The notes: a model not told the origin generated them from the sequence alone. DNA of 64,000 bases from Eledone cirrhosa (GCA_964016885.1 OZ024743.1:35030001-35094000), one strand, 5' to 3'; shown: positions 26,582-40,654, numbered from the stretch's first letter. Program-made: numbers and translations.

Positions 26582-27915
26582 CTAGCATTAAAGCCCGGCG
26601 TTGCTCGGGGTCATTAAGTTACCAAAGTTAGGTTGCACCACCCATTTTATGGCAGCACTTTTTGTCTGCCAGGCACTGGGTGAATGAATTGCAGACCTGG
26701 AAGCAGGAGCTGCGCCAGCAGTGACAATTGTAGTTTCGCCTATGGATATTATCTCTGTGCAAAAAAGTGTTGAAATTTATTGTTTCACAGTACTTGCGCA
26801 ACACGCGCGTAGATGATGCCAGCCGAACAACAGAGCTGCGATGGAGTTGTTCTGCATGGTTGTCTGTGTGTTTTCTAAATTTAAGACAGTAGGGAGGGTT
26901 GTGATATGAGGGAGAGTTAGCTGTTGTTTCTAGCAGGTTTAGTGACCTCATAGAGGATATGTGTTAGCTAAATTTAAGACAGTAGGGAGTGGTGTGATAT
27001 GGGGGAGAGTTAGCTGCTGTTTCTAGCAGGTTTAGTGACCTCATAGAAGATATGTTTTCTAAATTTAAGACAGTAGGGAGGGGTGTGATATGGGGGAGAG
27101 TTAGCTGCTGTTTCTAGCAGGTTTAGTAACTTCATAGAGGATATGTGTTTTCTAAATTTAAGACAGTACGGAGTGGTATGATATGGGGGAGAGTTAGCTG
27201 CTGTTTCTAGCAGGTTTAGTGACCTCATAGAAGATATGTTTTCTAAATTTAAGATATTAGGGAGGGGTGTGATATGGGGGAGAGTTAGCTGCTGTTTCTA
27301 GCAGGTTTAGTGAGCTCATAGAGGATATTATTGTTTATCATTATCTATAAAAGTCAGATTGTTGTTGTTGTTGTTGAAGTGAGTGTTTGTTTGTATGCTT
27401 TTGGAAAAGAGGTTTTAAAAAAGATTTATCGCTTGTTGTTGAATAAATGTATCTGTTGCTTTTGAATAATTGTCGTTTCGTATGAAATGTAATAATTGTT
27501 TATACTTTTTTGGCACAAGGCCAGCAATTACCCAGTACATTACTGGTACTTTATGTAATAATAAACGTTCTCTCTCTCCCTCTCACCTCTCTCTCTCTTC
27601 GGCAATCACGCACGTTAACAAAATGTGTGAGTTGTAGATAGAGGAGAAGCAAATGATATGAGAGAGTAAAATGGACAGTATCACCATCAAGCTTGGAAAG
27701 AGAAAGTAGCAGAAAGTATGAAGTTGTATAGATTTTGAATGGTAGTGGAAAGAGTTTAGCAGTTTAAATGACAGAAAAATCGTAAAATATTGAGTTTTAT
27801 CTATTTTTTGCGTAATTGTGGGTGAAATTGAAAAAATTATCTGTGCCAAGACGCAATCAAAGCTATTTCGAATACTGAATTGTAAATTTCAATTGAAGAA
27901 ATTCTATATCGTAGA
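26582..27915 (-). mobile_element. Non-autonomous Helitron carrying a minisatellite
   Basis: a|ctagcattaaagcccggcgttgctcggg 3' end; probable 5' end TCTACGATATAGAA at 27915. Includes the tandem array and an S1 SINE fragment (about 27505-27555). Confidence 0.75.
26875..27328. repeat. Minisatellite, five units of 93/91 bp
   Basis: Unit starts (ctaaatttaag) at 26875, 26968, 27059, 27152 and 27243. Confidence 0.92.
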
Positions 27916-28568
27916 TTTCTATAAGAAAGGAGCATGACCACACACTGTTTAACAAAAACAAACACACACATACATACATGCATTTTTTTTCACAACCTTT
28001 TAATATTTTCTTAAGTATTGTCAAATAGTAATGTTTAGAAATTATTTTTTAAAAAAAAAATTGTCTCATAGGTTTGTTGTTACAGCTCAAACCTATGTAG
28101 GTTTAGCTGGCCTCTGACAAGGTTACAGGAGGCTTCTCATGTGTTTTAATGATAGGAGTTCTAGTCTGCTGGACCAGACGTCAGTCCATTGCAAGCTGAC
28201 AACACACTATTTTTATCAGCTGAGTGGACTGGAGCAATGTGAAATGAAGTCACTATCTCAAGGACACAACACGCTGCTCAGTCAAGCAATTGAACCCATA
28301 ACCTTAACTGAGTGTCTTTACATTCCTATAGATCAGATAGTGCAAAAAAAAGAGTTGAGACATTTTTACTTTTCTGATGAACATAAAAGGCAAAAGTTTC
28401 ATAGAAAGTTTTCAAATGAAGATCAAAACTGATGTTCACTTGGACTGCCAGGAGCTTACTTTTTTTCTTGCTCTGTAGCACTTAGCACTAAAAGAGAGCA
28501 GGCATTTTAACCACAAGAAGAGAGAGAGAAAATAGAAAAATATTAATTCAAAAGGAAACAATACTTAC

Positions 28569-28645
28569 TAAGCTTTTTTCAGCAATTCTTGTTTTTCCAA
28601 AACATCATTCTTTAAACTTTCTACTTGTACATTCAATTCAATGTT
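28569..28645 (-). CDS. CDK5RAP2: CDK5RAP2-like exon (NIELNVQVESLKNDVLEKQELLKKA)
   Basis: Matches the NIELKVEVESLKREL second half of CM1; gtttttcag / gtaagt; 77 nt, phase 0 to 2. Confidence 0.93.
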
Positions 28646-29386
28646 CTGAAAAACACACAGTATACAGCTTTTTCATAAACCAGCACGATTACATAATAAT
28701 GATTTCTAAATTTCTAACATAGGCACATGGCCGCAAATCTTGAGAGAGGTATAGAGTCAATTAATGGACTTAACACTGCGATTGTTGTCTACTGCCCTAC
28801 CAATTCTGCTAACTCACTGCTTAAACATGACATAATTGTTATCTTAAACACAAAGACTAACCTTTCCTGCTAAAATGAAATAGCAACCCTATGATTTCAA
28901 TTCAGAAACATGTCAGACAGAATTTTTTTTTAATTTATGATTAATATTGATGCCAAAGATGTAATATTTGGATTCCTCTGTGCCATATTTCTTTACAATG
29001 TCTGTAAATTATCTTCCTTGCTACCATCCACCTGTAGTTAGGCTTCATGGAGTAAACACAGGGTATTATTTTAATGTAAGATTATGAAAACATTGTGAGA
29101 GAGTGGTGTCAACTGTTTTGATCTGCCACTGTAAAGCATCTTGTTCAGCTTAACTAATACATAAGCTTCCCTGCCATATAAATAACTAAAACAAGCATTC
29201 ATAGTAGCAATTGAACTCTGAGCTACAAATTAATATATAGCTTTAGTATATCACCCACTGCAATGGGGAGACTGACATTAGATGTGTATCAATCAATCTT
29301 ATCTGTAAACCCATAAACAGTGTTTTTGCTGTCTTGTTATCTCAGAAAGGTAATAAGATTAGAAAGAAAAAAAAAAGTCAATTTAC

Positions 29387-29491
29387 CATTTTAAAAGTAT
29401 CATCACTGCCAAATTTTTGTCTGCATCGATCCTCAAGGAAATATATTCTTAATTTCAGACTAAAATTTTCTTTTCTCAACTCTTCTATCAA
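29387..29491 (-). CDS. CDK5RAP2: CDK5RAP2-like exon encoding the CM1/Cnn_1N motif (LIEELRKENFSLKLRIYFLEDRCRQKFGSDDTFKM)
   Basis: KENFxLKLRIYFLE is the diagnostic CM1 motif of Cnn/CDK5RAP2/PDE4DIP/Mto1. ttttttcag acceptor, gtaaat donor; 105 nt, phase 0-0. Confidence 0.95.
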
Positions 29492-32400
29492 CTGAAAAAA
29501 ATAACAAACATAGAAAGTAATATTGAGAAGCAAAAAAATAACAAACAGAGAAAGTAATATTGAGAAGCAAAAAAATAACAAAACAATAAGGAAAAAACAA
29601 ATATACCAATGGCCAATCATTTTAAACACAAATAACTGTTAACTTATTTTAAAATTTAGTGGGAGAAGAAAAGATAATGCCCAAGATTGTTGCAGACTGA
29701 TTAGGTTGATGCTGTTGATGTTCAGTTTTTAAAGTTTCTAGTGATGGCATACTACATTGACTATACCTTCTCTACATATCATCCCCATATAGAGGTACTT
29801 GATCTTAGCACAGCATTTAGACCTCAATTCAGAAGAGATTGTCCCTCTATGCTTTAGACCTACTCTAACTATTTATTCAACACTAGTCTCTCTATAAATA
29901 CATCCAATCTATGCTAGATTACACATGACTTAGGGGAAATATATACAATTCTAAATCACTATGATATTAACAAATCAACGAAAAAGTTCTACACAGTCAC
30001 TTAGCCTGTTAGAAATAGTTGCTGAATCTTCCTCAAATCACACCCTACCATCTTAGAAAAGAATACATTGGACAATATGAACCTGGATTCATTGTGCCTA
30101 AGAATAGACATGATGGTTATAGCTAGAACGCCTATAATCACAGGTTAGTTTGATCATGGCTTATCTGGGGCTAAACAACAACTACAATATTAAAACAAAA
30201 AAACACTATTTCAATTTCCTGCATTGTGGTGACTTTTTCAAAACATAGTTTTTAGTCATTTCACATTATTTTATACACTTTTAGAGTAATATCTTGTTAC
30301 TGATGAAAGTAGTATGATTCAATGGTTAAGAAGTTTGCTTACTAATCGTGAGGTACTGGGTTCAATCCTAATACATAGCTTTTGGAGCAAGTGCCATTTA
30401 TTATAGCATTAAATCGACCAAAGCTATGTGAATGAATTTGGGTAGATCGAAATTGTTTGAAAGCCAGTTGAAAAGCCTGGACTTGTAATCCAAATGGCCA
30501 GCCTTGCCACACACTGCATCATGCTGAATCTCATTGAGAATTCTGTTAATTAATTGAACAACTGGAACATTCATTGTTGAAAACAATTGAAGTCCATTTA
30601 CCTCTTTATTGATGAAAATACTAAGCAGGATTCAAACCAAAACAGACAGCCTATTAATTAATCTGATTAAAAACTAGTCAATAGTATAACTTTAAACATT
30701 TCATTACTATATTTATAAAATACATTACATTTGAATTAATTACTGAAAAATTTGGAGGATTTACTAAAATTATTTTAATAAATAAGATGATATTTCTAAC
30801 ATAACAAAAGGTTTATGTTGGAATATTTTAATTTAAATCAGAACTGTCTCAAATGGATGGCTTTGTTTCAATGAAGAAGAGGCAATTTTGAACGGGTTAG
30901 AATCGAAAGGGTTAATAGGTTTTCCATTGCTCTTTTAACTAAATTGACATAACCATCTATGCAATGTGCCATTTCTAATTTATATGTACCTGCTTCACTT
31001 TATTGCTAAGAAGCACTGATATATACTGACAGGAAAAGTCGTTTACCAAAAGAATTGCTAAAAAGTGAGTGAGAGTGGCAAACATGTAACTGAATGAATG
31101 GACTTACACTTCACATGTGCCTGTTGGCAGCATAATACAGCTAGGAGAGAGCATTTACCCTGGATAATCAGGTAACATTGGATCTATGGAGTTTCTTAAT
31201 TAGCCCTAGGTGGTTCTTGCCTTCCCTATTGGTGACCTTGTAATTATTGTTTATCTGTTGTAGTTGTTATTTTTTTTACTTGAGTGATTTAAAAACAGAC
31301 TTTTGTAGATATACAATAATATATTCTACATCTGAATAATATATTCTACATTTGATTAAAGGTAACACTAATTAAGTAGGTTTAGCTGGCCTTCTATGAA
31401 GTTGGATTCCATTGGGGGTTTCTTGAATGGTTTTAATGATAAGGAGTCCCAATCCTAACATGAAAAGCAACATGAAATAAAATGTCTTGTTCAACAACGC
31501 AATGTGCCACCCAATCCAGGAATTGAATCCATAACCTTATCATTGCAAGTCCAACATCCTAACCACGAGGTGACACACCTTATTTGAATTAGATATTTCC
31601 CTTTTAATCATTAACTACTATTAACAGACATGCCATTCAGTAAATTAGAGAATTCTCTCTTACTGGATAGAATGCTTTTCCTTCATCAATTCTTTTGCCT
31701 GTGCACTCAGCACTGCAAACTCATGAAACACTGCTTGGTATTAAACTATGAAAGCTATTTACATTTAAATGAACTGGATTATATGATGACATAGACAAAG
31801 ACATGACATAACAAAAATGAGAAGATATGAACGAACCAATTACATGTTGGCCAGTAGGCTGTTAATGTAATGCTAGCAACTCTCCAAACACTTTACAATA
31901 TACTGAGATAACAATTATTGTCATTATTGCTACTTGCAAAATTGTCTAACAGCTGTTATTTAAAAATACATTTTGAGTTCAAATCCCACTGAGGTCAACT
32001 TTGATTTTTGACATTCTGAAGTCAATAAAATAAAGTACTAGCCAAATACTTGAGTGGATTTAATCAACTAACCCATCCCACCTAATTTTCTGATCATGTG
32101 CTTAGATTAGGAATTATTAAAGAATTTCATATTTTAAATAAATAAAAATATTCAATAGATATTTTTTTTTAAATAGATAAGTTAAATAAAAACAGATGAG
32201 TTTGTCCCACTGACATTTAGACAAAGCAAAATCTAGTATCCGGAACTAGAATACTGCCAAAAACAACCTTATCAAACTGTGTTTTACAAATGTACATTAG
32301 TTTCAATAATTAAGAGACTAAGGCATGGCTGACAATAACAAAGTATTAATATCCTCCAAACTATTTAGTTAAGTGAATGAATGAACAAACAAATAAATAA

Positions 32401-32891
32401 AATCATCTTTTATTTATTAATTATTCCAGGGAAAGTATGTGTTGAAAGCCAGCAATAATGCAAAGGAATAAAATACTATGATGATATTCATGTATTCATA
32501 AGCTTTTGTGGGAATGTTTGATTATGAAACCAGTTAATGCCTTCTGGTGATTCATAATTGTTTCTACTGTTGGCACAAGGCCAGCAATTACCCAGTATAT
32601 TACTGGTACTTTATTTTATCGACCTCCGTAAGGATGAAAGGCAAAGTTAACCTCGGCTTCATAATACAATGAAATTATGAATGTTTTATTGAAATTCAAC
32701 ACATAATAAATTAATATTTGGTTAGGGAAGTAAAATATAATCATAATAGTTTTCACCTAAATGGAACAAAGTAAGGATATATTGATGAGGAATTAAAAAA
32801 AGACTAATGAATAATTTAAAAAAGGATAAAACAGTAAAGACTGCTAAAATAAACATTACTGTATTTAGATGAGTAAGTAACGAAACTTTAA

Positions 32892-33149
32892 CTCTTTTGT
32901 AAACATTTTTTTAATGAAATACTCTGCATATATTTCATTTTATGTTTAAAATAGTCAAGTGACCTTTGAGAAGTTCAACAAAATATAGTTGTTTTCTTTC
33001 ATTTTAAAGTGATGTTTGAAGTATAACTTAACAGAGTTTTTAAAAATATGATTGTGATAGAAAGCTTTAATTTCAATATGAACATTTTAAAATAAGAATA
33101 TTTGTGTCATAAAAACCAACATGTTTCAGACAGGTTGGTATCAAAGGGG
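32892..33149. mobile_element. Larger piggyBac-like TTAA MITE (family PB-b)
   Basis: TTAA-flanked degenerate CCCTTT...AAAGGG ends. Relatives at about 6150-6820, 33518-33917, 39243-39700, 40627-41308, 51577-51785, 52030-53120 and 61768-61966. Confidence 0.65.
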
Positions 33150-33592
33150 TTAATAGAATAAATCAGCAAAGAAGATCTAGAGATCTATTTTCCTGTTTAT
33201 TAAAGTGAACATTGTACAATAATAGATTTAGGAATGCATTGCATTACTCTCAACTCCTGATGGAGTAGTAGGGGTGCCATCATGACTTATAGCATCTCTT
33301 GGGCAGCTAAACTTGGCAGGTCTCATCTCTCTCCGGGTCTGACTATAGCTGATTTCTTCCAGAAAGGAAGAAAAATTAACTCCAGTACTAGACTGGTACT
33401 TTATCAACCTTGAAAGGATGGAAGGCAAAGTTGACCTCAGTGGGGTTTGAACTCACAGTACAAGGAGTCAGAAAAAATTCAAGACATCAAATAAATGCTT
33501 CAACAACTATTTTTTAACCACTTTGTTACCATATTCCTATGGTTTTCAAATAATCAAGAATTTAGAGGGATTTAGTAATATAGCTAACATTA

Positions 33593-33780
33593 TGGATTGG
33601 CAGTATTGGTAGAGGGTCGGACGCCATGCTTTGATGCATAGAGTTACGGCCTTTGCCATTCTGAGTTCAAATCCCGCCGAGGTTAACTTTGCCTTTCATC
33701 CTTACGGAGTCGATAAAATGAAGTACCAGTAATGCACTGGGTAATTGTTGGCCTTGTGCCAAAAAGTAGAAACAATTATT
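33593..33780 (+). mobile_element. SINE family S1 nested in a PB-b MITE
   Basis: Match to 1031-1227. Confidence 0.85.
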
Positions 33781-34439
33781 AAGCTTGTGTCTGACACATA
33801 ACTTAAAGGGTCTTATATAAAATTTATGATGGATGGTTTTAGATAAATATAAACACTTAAAAATAAACAGCTTTGTATCGTTGAACCAGTTTCAGGCAGT
33901 TTGGTAGCAAAAGGGTAAAATGTATTTTTATAATGCTGGCTTGGTTATTGCTTCCCTCATTTAGTCAATACTAACTTCTAAAGTCAATTATTACCTTAGG
34001 TCGTTCTCACTTAAATTCCATTAATAAGCAGTCTTTTGCATCACTGCATTTCACACAGGCAAAACCAAATATCGAGTTAACTTAACAGTAACATTAGAGC
34101 ATCTTTTATGAACTAACTATACATGTAACCCAGAAAGGTATACACATTTTATCCATTCTATATTATATATTAACAATATTGATTTCCACCTTCAGTACAA
34201 GGCCACATTTTAGAGATGTGTTGATTTAACTGATCACCAGTATGACTGGTACTTATTTTATTGGCCTAAAGGATCATTACTAAATTTACAAGGCATTTTG
34301 TCCAGTATTTTTCTAATTCTGCTATTCACCACTTTAATGACAACAGCAGCAACAATAATTTCTTACATAGCCACAAGGCCAGACATTTTGGTGAAGGGAA
34401 TGGTTGATTATATTGATCCCATTATTCATAATAATTAAT

Positions 34440-34695
34440 TTTTTTTTACCTTTTGTAAGGTTTCTCTAGCAATTGGTTGCTAGGCGAAGTGTGATAATTG
34501 TCCTCAGATCCGTCCTTGATCTCAGAGACTCAATATATCACGTAGGATTCTAGCAGTGCTGGTGATGGTAGAAATTTGGGTACTGCCTATAAAGTCAGGG
34601 ATCCCAAGGTTTTTGATGAAGGACGTAAAGTGTTTAGGGACCGTGCCTAGTGCCCCAATAATGACTGGTACGACTTCTGTCTCTACATGGTGCTC
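34440..34695 (-). mobile_element. R4/Dong-like (RLE-type) LINE 3' end
   Basis: Minus frame ETEVVPVIIGALGTVPKHFTSFIKNLGIPDFIGSTQISTITSTARILRDILSL*, typical of the restriction-like-endonuclease C-terminus. Abuts a (TAA)n tract. Confidence 0.75.
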
Positions 34696-36208
34696 AATTC
34701 TAATAATAATAATAATTTCTAACTTAGGTTCAAGGTCTCAAAGTATTAGATAGGTGTTAGTTGATTAAATCAACCCCAGTACTTGACTGACATATTTTAT
34801 CGATCCCATCCCAAAAGGTTAAATGGCAAAGTTGACTGAAACAAGATTTGAACACAGAACACGTCTCAATCCACTGCCCTTATAGGAACAACAAAAATAT
34901 AGTTACCATTTTCATAATAATTTCATAAATATGGAACTGTGAAAATAGGAAGCTGTGAAGTTTATACTTTACCTAAGGGTGTTATTGATATAAACAAAGG
35001 GAAATGGGTCTCAGATCAGTTCACTGGGAGCTTATCTCTGATATTTGCCTATTTTATTGGCAAACAGATTTACAGCAAAGCTCCAGGGGTGAAATAAGAT
35101 TGTGTAAGGTTCAATTACCAATGCAAATGAGATGAAGTGAAAAACCAGGACATGGGTTTACTGTAACATATTTTCACTTCATAAAATGGAAAAGAAAATT
35201 TGACTGACATTTAACCCAAATCATATATATGTAGCAGAAGTATTTTGAGGAAAACATTTGACATAATTTGCCTAGTAGTGTATATTCTAGCAAAAACCTT
35301 GTCATAGTAGCTAATTCTAATAACAGTGTTATTTCCATAAACTACATTCTCTAATCATTTTACAAGATAGCAAAAATATAACTTGTTCTCAAGCTTTCAA
35401 TATTTTGGCTGATTTTCTTTCTTTCACTCTCTTTCTGTGTCTTTCTGTCTTCCTTTCTTTCTCCAAATTTCCTGTACCATTCTCAACCAACTTTCTCTCT
35501 CTCTTTCTCACACACACATGTACACAAATAAATTATATGTAAAATTTGATATATTTCTCTTAATTTTGTAAGTTCTGTGGATATAAAGCAAAAGCTTATC
35601 TCTATGGCACTTATTTTTATCAATATAAATTATATACCAACTGCAGTCAACAACAAAGGCTAGACTTTCTATTCAATGCTGAAAAATATTTTGACGACCG
35701 ACATTAGACTACTGCACTATATATCTGAGACAGTGCTGTTGCTGCTGCTACACATACAAACATCATAAATTGCAACCAGAAATGGTCATTCCACGCATTG
35801 GCAAAATTTCCCTCATCAAACACACTACAACCCTTACTTCATTGACTTGCCGTGTCCTCCCTCCTGTCTTCTACCTCAACAATATTAGCTTCTGCTGTTA
35901 TGAATTAGCAAGCTCTATACTTTTCTTATCCAATACACCTGCTTCATTTGATTTATCCGAAAACCTTCTATATTAAATACATCTTTAATCCTTTATTCCT
36001 AAACCTGAAATGTCCTGTAATTCCCTTCTAGTCTACATTTGTTCTACAGAGGTTGACCTGCAGATGGTCAAACTGAACATTAATCATAACTTCATTAGTA
36101 TGGAAGGGCTATGGGCCAAACCCTTCTTCCTTGGAACTGAATAATAATGAGAATGTTCACTATAGGTTAAAAACTTTAAAAAAAAAAAAAAGCAATCCAA
36201 TGATTTAC

Positions 36209-36276
36209 CTGTTCACACTCTTTCATAGTGTTCGTTCGCATAGGGGTAAGGTGACCACTGACGCTGGGGGAATTGA
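36209..36276 (-). CDS. CDK5RAP2: CDK5RAP2-like exon (VNSPSVSGHLTPMRTNTMKECEQ), start of CM1 region
   Basis: gttatttcag acceptor, CAG|gtaaat donor; 68 nt, phase 1 to 0. Resembles the SPTRARNMKDFENQ stretch that precedes CM1 in vertebrate CDK5RAP2 (from memory). Confidence 0.88.
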
Positions 36277-37967
36277 CTGAAATAACAATAAATATATAAA
36301 TGAATAAATAAATAAATTTTGAAGGGGGTTGTGCGCCTACTTTACATGAATATACAAAGGGAAACAATATAAACAAATTGAAAAAAAGAAATGGACAATA
36401 GCACTACACATTTTAGTGTGTGTGCATGCTTTGTCTGTATACAAATAAGAGAAAAAGAGTAAAAAACAGCATAAAGGTTAGCTACAGTTGTATAGGAAAC
36501 ACTGCCACCCTAATAACTTAAACCAATAAAACCAACAAGACTTAGGAACATTTGAAAACAATTACCAGAATTCAAGTACAACTACATAAAATATCAATTC
36601 AATGGCCTCGCAAAGTACTAGCCAAGAATAGTATCTAGAAACATTATATTGTGTTCACAGAAAATACATTGAAAAGTAGACATATACAACATGTCCACAC
36701 CTTCTGAAACAAAAATAAAAGTAATTCCACCTCACTATCCTAGCACATCTAAAGCTTGAAGGTAAAAAAAGAATTGACAACACACCAATAAGCTGGTCTG
36801 TAGTTGAAACTGCAACACTTTATACATTAGCATTAACTCTTAGTGTCCTGTACCAGACTGAACTCAAAAAATAAACAATCTTAACTGTGGTTTCATCAGT
36901 GTTAAAAGAGTACTAACAAACTCTTTAATGTAGGGGAGATAAATCATTTCTTCCAAAGTGTATGTGGGGGAGTAAACTATATGTTTAAATTTTGAACTGT
37001 CTATAGTTTTATAGAATTTTAGTAATTTCTTTTTCTAGATTTTTTCTATTTTCCTTTAAAACAAAACAAAAAATATTGCTATTTTAATTGATGAATTAAT
37101 AGCTGATGAGAATATTTTGCTTAATTAACCAGTGATTAATTTCACAACCATGCATATATAACACTATTTTTAGCATAACTGACTGCATCACATTAAATAT
37201 TAAAGTCGTTAGTGTACTACAACAACTTTTCACAAGATTCTATTGATAACTAAGGATGCCATACACATTTGAATTAAGAGAACCGTTTTTTGACATTTTC
37301 TGGTAAATCATTACAGGATGTTAAGGGACAAAAAAGATAGCCTTTGTGTCTAGCTGAGAAGTACAATGTTCTTATGCAGGTTTTTCAAAGGTTTAACATC
37401 AATGAGAGTTATGTCAATTACATTTCTTAAAGACCATTCCAATTGTAGATGGAATAGAACCTGACAATAGTAGGAACTAAATTTTATTCCATATCTGTCG
37501 CATCTGCTATTACAGTCAATGACATCTAGTACTTTGAACTAGCCAAATTTATGTCAATCTTATCTAAGCTCACTGAATGTACACGTCTCTCCTCCTCCCA
37601 TCACTTTCAGTAGATTACACCTTAATCAACTACAAACTAAACACTTTTCCCAAACTTTCCTCTCCAGGTTGTATTTCTGAAGAACTCTCTCTCTAGGGAC
37701 TTCAACTATAACTTGTCAGACCCAGGATTCAGGTGACAGTTAGTCATGTGATAAGCATGGATGGTGGAAACTGGATGTAAAATGACATAAGCTATTAGCC
37801 AGAATAACAAAAGAAAATATAAAAGACCCCACCTCCCTTCTAGTGATCTTTTAATGTTTGGGGCTTAGAAGAAAGGTATTTTCATGAACAGGAGTCTATC
37901 TCAAATAAAATTCCCAGATGATTTGGTACCTAATGCTGAGAACATGGTGGACTGAGAGATATAGGAA

Positions 37968-38434
37968 TCTAAACTATAATAAAGTAAGGAGTGCAGGACT
38001 GCGTATGGTTTATTTCTTTTAATCCAGTTAGTAAAATAAGTTGGATTACTTTGAATAAATAATGAATGAATATTACATAATTTATCTACTAAATTTTGTA
38101 GCTGTTGGTTAAATATATTTTATTCCTTATTTAAAGATTCACTTCTTTAAAATTTTCAAATGTCAACACTTCCGGTGGCGATCGCTTAAATAAACATTCA
38201 TATATTTCCATCACTAATTTTCTCCTAATGCAGTTTATATATATCGTCTTTTTTTAATGTATCATGGATTACGTTACTGATTACATAAGACAGTGTAATG
38301 CAGTCTTCGTTCAATTTCTGTGTATATTGTCAATTACGATTTTATTTGATGTATCATATATACCTGCGTATAATATCAATATACACACTACACATGCCAG
38401 CAGAAAACCACCCGAAGGGTGGTTTTTCTGCTAG
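37968..38434 (+). mobile_element. Non-autonomous Helitron H1, uninterrupted 467-bp copy
   Basis: a|TCTAAACTATAATAAAG...AAAACCACCCGAAGGGTGGTTTTTCTGCTAG|t; no TSD. Confidence 0.88.
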
Positions 38435-38559
38435 TTAATTATAATGCTCAAATACATGAAATACTTGCAATGGATTGGAACTTAAGATATTCAAACAGAT
38501 AATGTTATATCATGTCTACATGGTGATTTAATTCCTAGAGAATGAATGTCGACTCAAAA

Positions 38560-39030
38560 TTATGAATATGGATATCACAATAGATTGAAGCTAATTAAAG
38601 CATGGTAGCAAAACATAGGCATAGTATAAAATGTGGAAGATGTACAAAGGCTGAATAGAAATGAGGTGCACGTTTCACTGGATATGTAATGTTAGTGAAC
38701 ATTATCAACAAAGGAAAAATGAGCTGAGAGATAATCTGGGTAATAGAGGAACCAGCTGTAATGAGCCAAAGGAAAGGCTGCACTGGTATGGACATGTGAT
38801 TCATATGTAGGAATAACAGCTAGATAAAAAAAAACTTTTCATAGTTCCAAGTGGAAGGAACCTGTAGTAGAGAAGTACCAAAGAAGACATGAGGAAAAGC
38901 GATGAAAGCTGATTTTAAGAAGCTGAACTTTTATGAAGGAGATGACAAGTGACTGCAGTGAGTGGTGAGATACTGGACTGGAGGAGACTAAACCAATCAA
39001 TGCAAGCATGAAAATACATACATGAAATGA
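38560..39030 (+). mobile_element. Old degenerate RTE LINE fragment
   Basis: Residual RLHWYGHV and PKKT motifs plus an RTE-like tail; many stops. Confidence 0.6.
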
Positions 39031-40654
39031 TAATGAGTATACAAGCAAGACTAGTGGTAGAGAAAATCCTTTTGCAGACCTATCTAATTTCTAATGGAAA
39101 ACAGAAAGGTATAGCAACAGAAAAAAAGTTGGTGTTAAATGATTATGGGAATTGAATTACTTTTCTTTTTAATAAATTCTGTACTCATCTTGAAATTACA
39201 TATCTATTTATATAATCATGAAGAAGGTAAAAATAACTTTAACCTTTTTGATACCAAACTGCCTTAAACAGCTCTTACTTCAATGATACAAAATGTTTAT
39301 ATTGATCTAAAAACCTAACATCATAATTTAATGTAAGAACCTTTGTTAAGTTATGTTACTTGAAACATCAGCTTAATCCTTTAGCAGTTACATTATTCTA
39401 TATTTACTATTGTATTTTCACAGTAAATCTTACATAAAATTATCTCACGTAATAATGAATCTATGAGATTTTGATGTTATTTATTTTGAGAACAATACCA
39501 ATGTAGGTATGAGTGGCTAGTTACAGTAGGTTTGAACAGAAAGAAGTGAAAGAGTTCTGGCCGGATACGGCCGGCTTAAATGCTAAAGGGTTAATAATGA
39601 AAAAGTTAGTTACATTACAAAATTCTCAATTGTTTTCAAAAGAATTTTGTAAATCATATTTTTAAAATATCATTAGAATAAAAAATATCCCTACATTTAA
39701 AATGGAACAAACCAAATTGCTAAATTACTCACACAATGTAGGAAAGAACATATATAAAAATGAAAAAAAGAAAATATTTATAATCATCAAATTAGAAAAT
39801 GTTATTTTTCTTCCATTTGTTTATTTCTCTCAGTGGGGATCATGCCAGGTAAACGCATCTTACTGAAGTTATTTTTCAACATGAAAACCCAATATACATA
39901 GCAGGTTAAATAGTAACACTGAGCAGCTGCATTCCTGAGAGAAACTTATACAACTAACTACTGCCACCTGACAACTAAAGTATGTGTATGCTTCTAATAA
40001 CAAACATTGACAAACATTCTTTCCATCTTTGAATAAATCATTTGCATCTCCTCAGTAGCTTCTCTTCTTACAAAATATAGATCAAGAAACAGGACTCAAT
40101 ATGGGCCCTTGTATGTTGCAGGTAGTATGGTAAAACACACACTGCCTGTAATACATTCAAACGATAAAAACAAACCACATTAGCAAAGGTAACTTGTTTC
40201 AGAGATAACTTTTCTAGTAGGATTAATTATTTCTAAGGTTCTAGAAATAGACCTTTATACATATATAGCAACACAGTAAACTGCAAAAACAAATAGAAAT
40301 TTCAGCTACAGACATGCTACTCTACGGAAAAATGAAATGAGGATATACATATACATATGCTTTAGAGTACAAATAGATCAATGAAGCTAGAAATAGGATT
40401 CATAGAATTTCAGAAGAATTTTATTGCTAATGTACAACAGCAGATCTCATTTTCTCTTAAATTAGATTGGAAGTTAACAGTTAGCTCTATTCCTGTTAGT
40501 AAAAAACTGTTAAAATATTATTTTGGTTAAGTCAGACATTAGTAATAATATATGTCTCTGATTAATATTATTTTTTTCTCATTGCATTTTTATTTCTAGT
40601 TAACTTTTTAATAATCATTGTATTAACCATTTCCTTACCATACTTCTAATAATG

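Noticed and set aside
26875-27328. CRISPR-like array
   Set aside because: The units are contiguous tandem copies with no unique spacers, and the context is eukaryotic with no cas genes.
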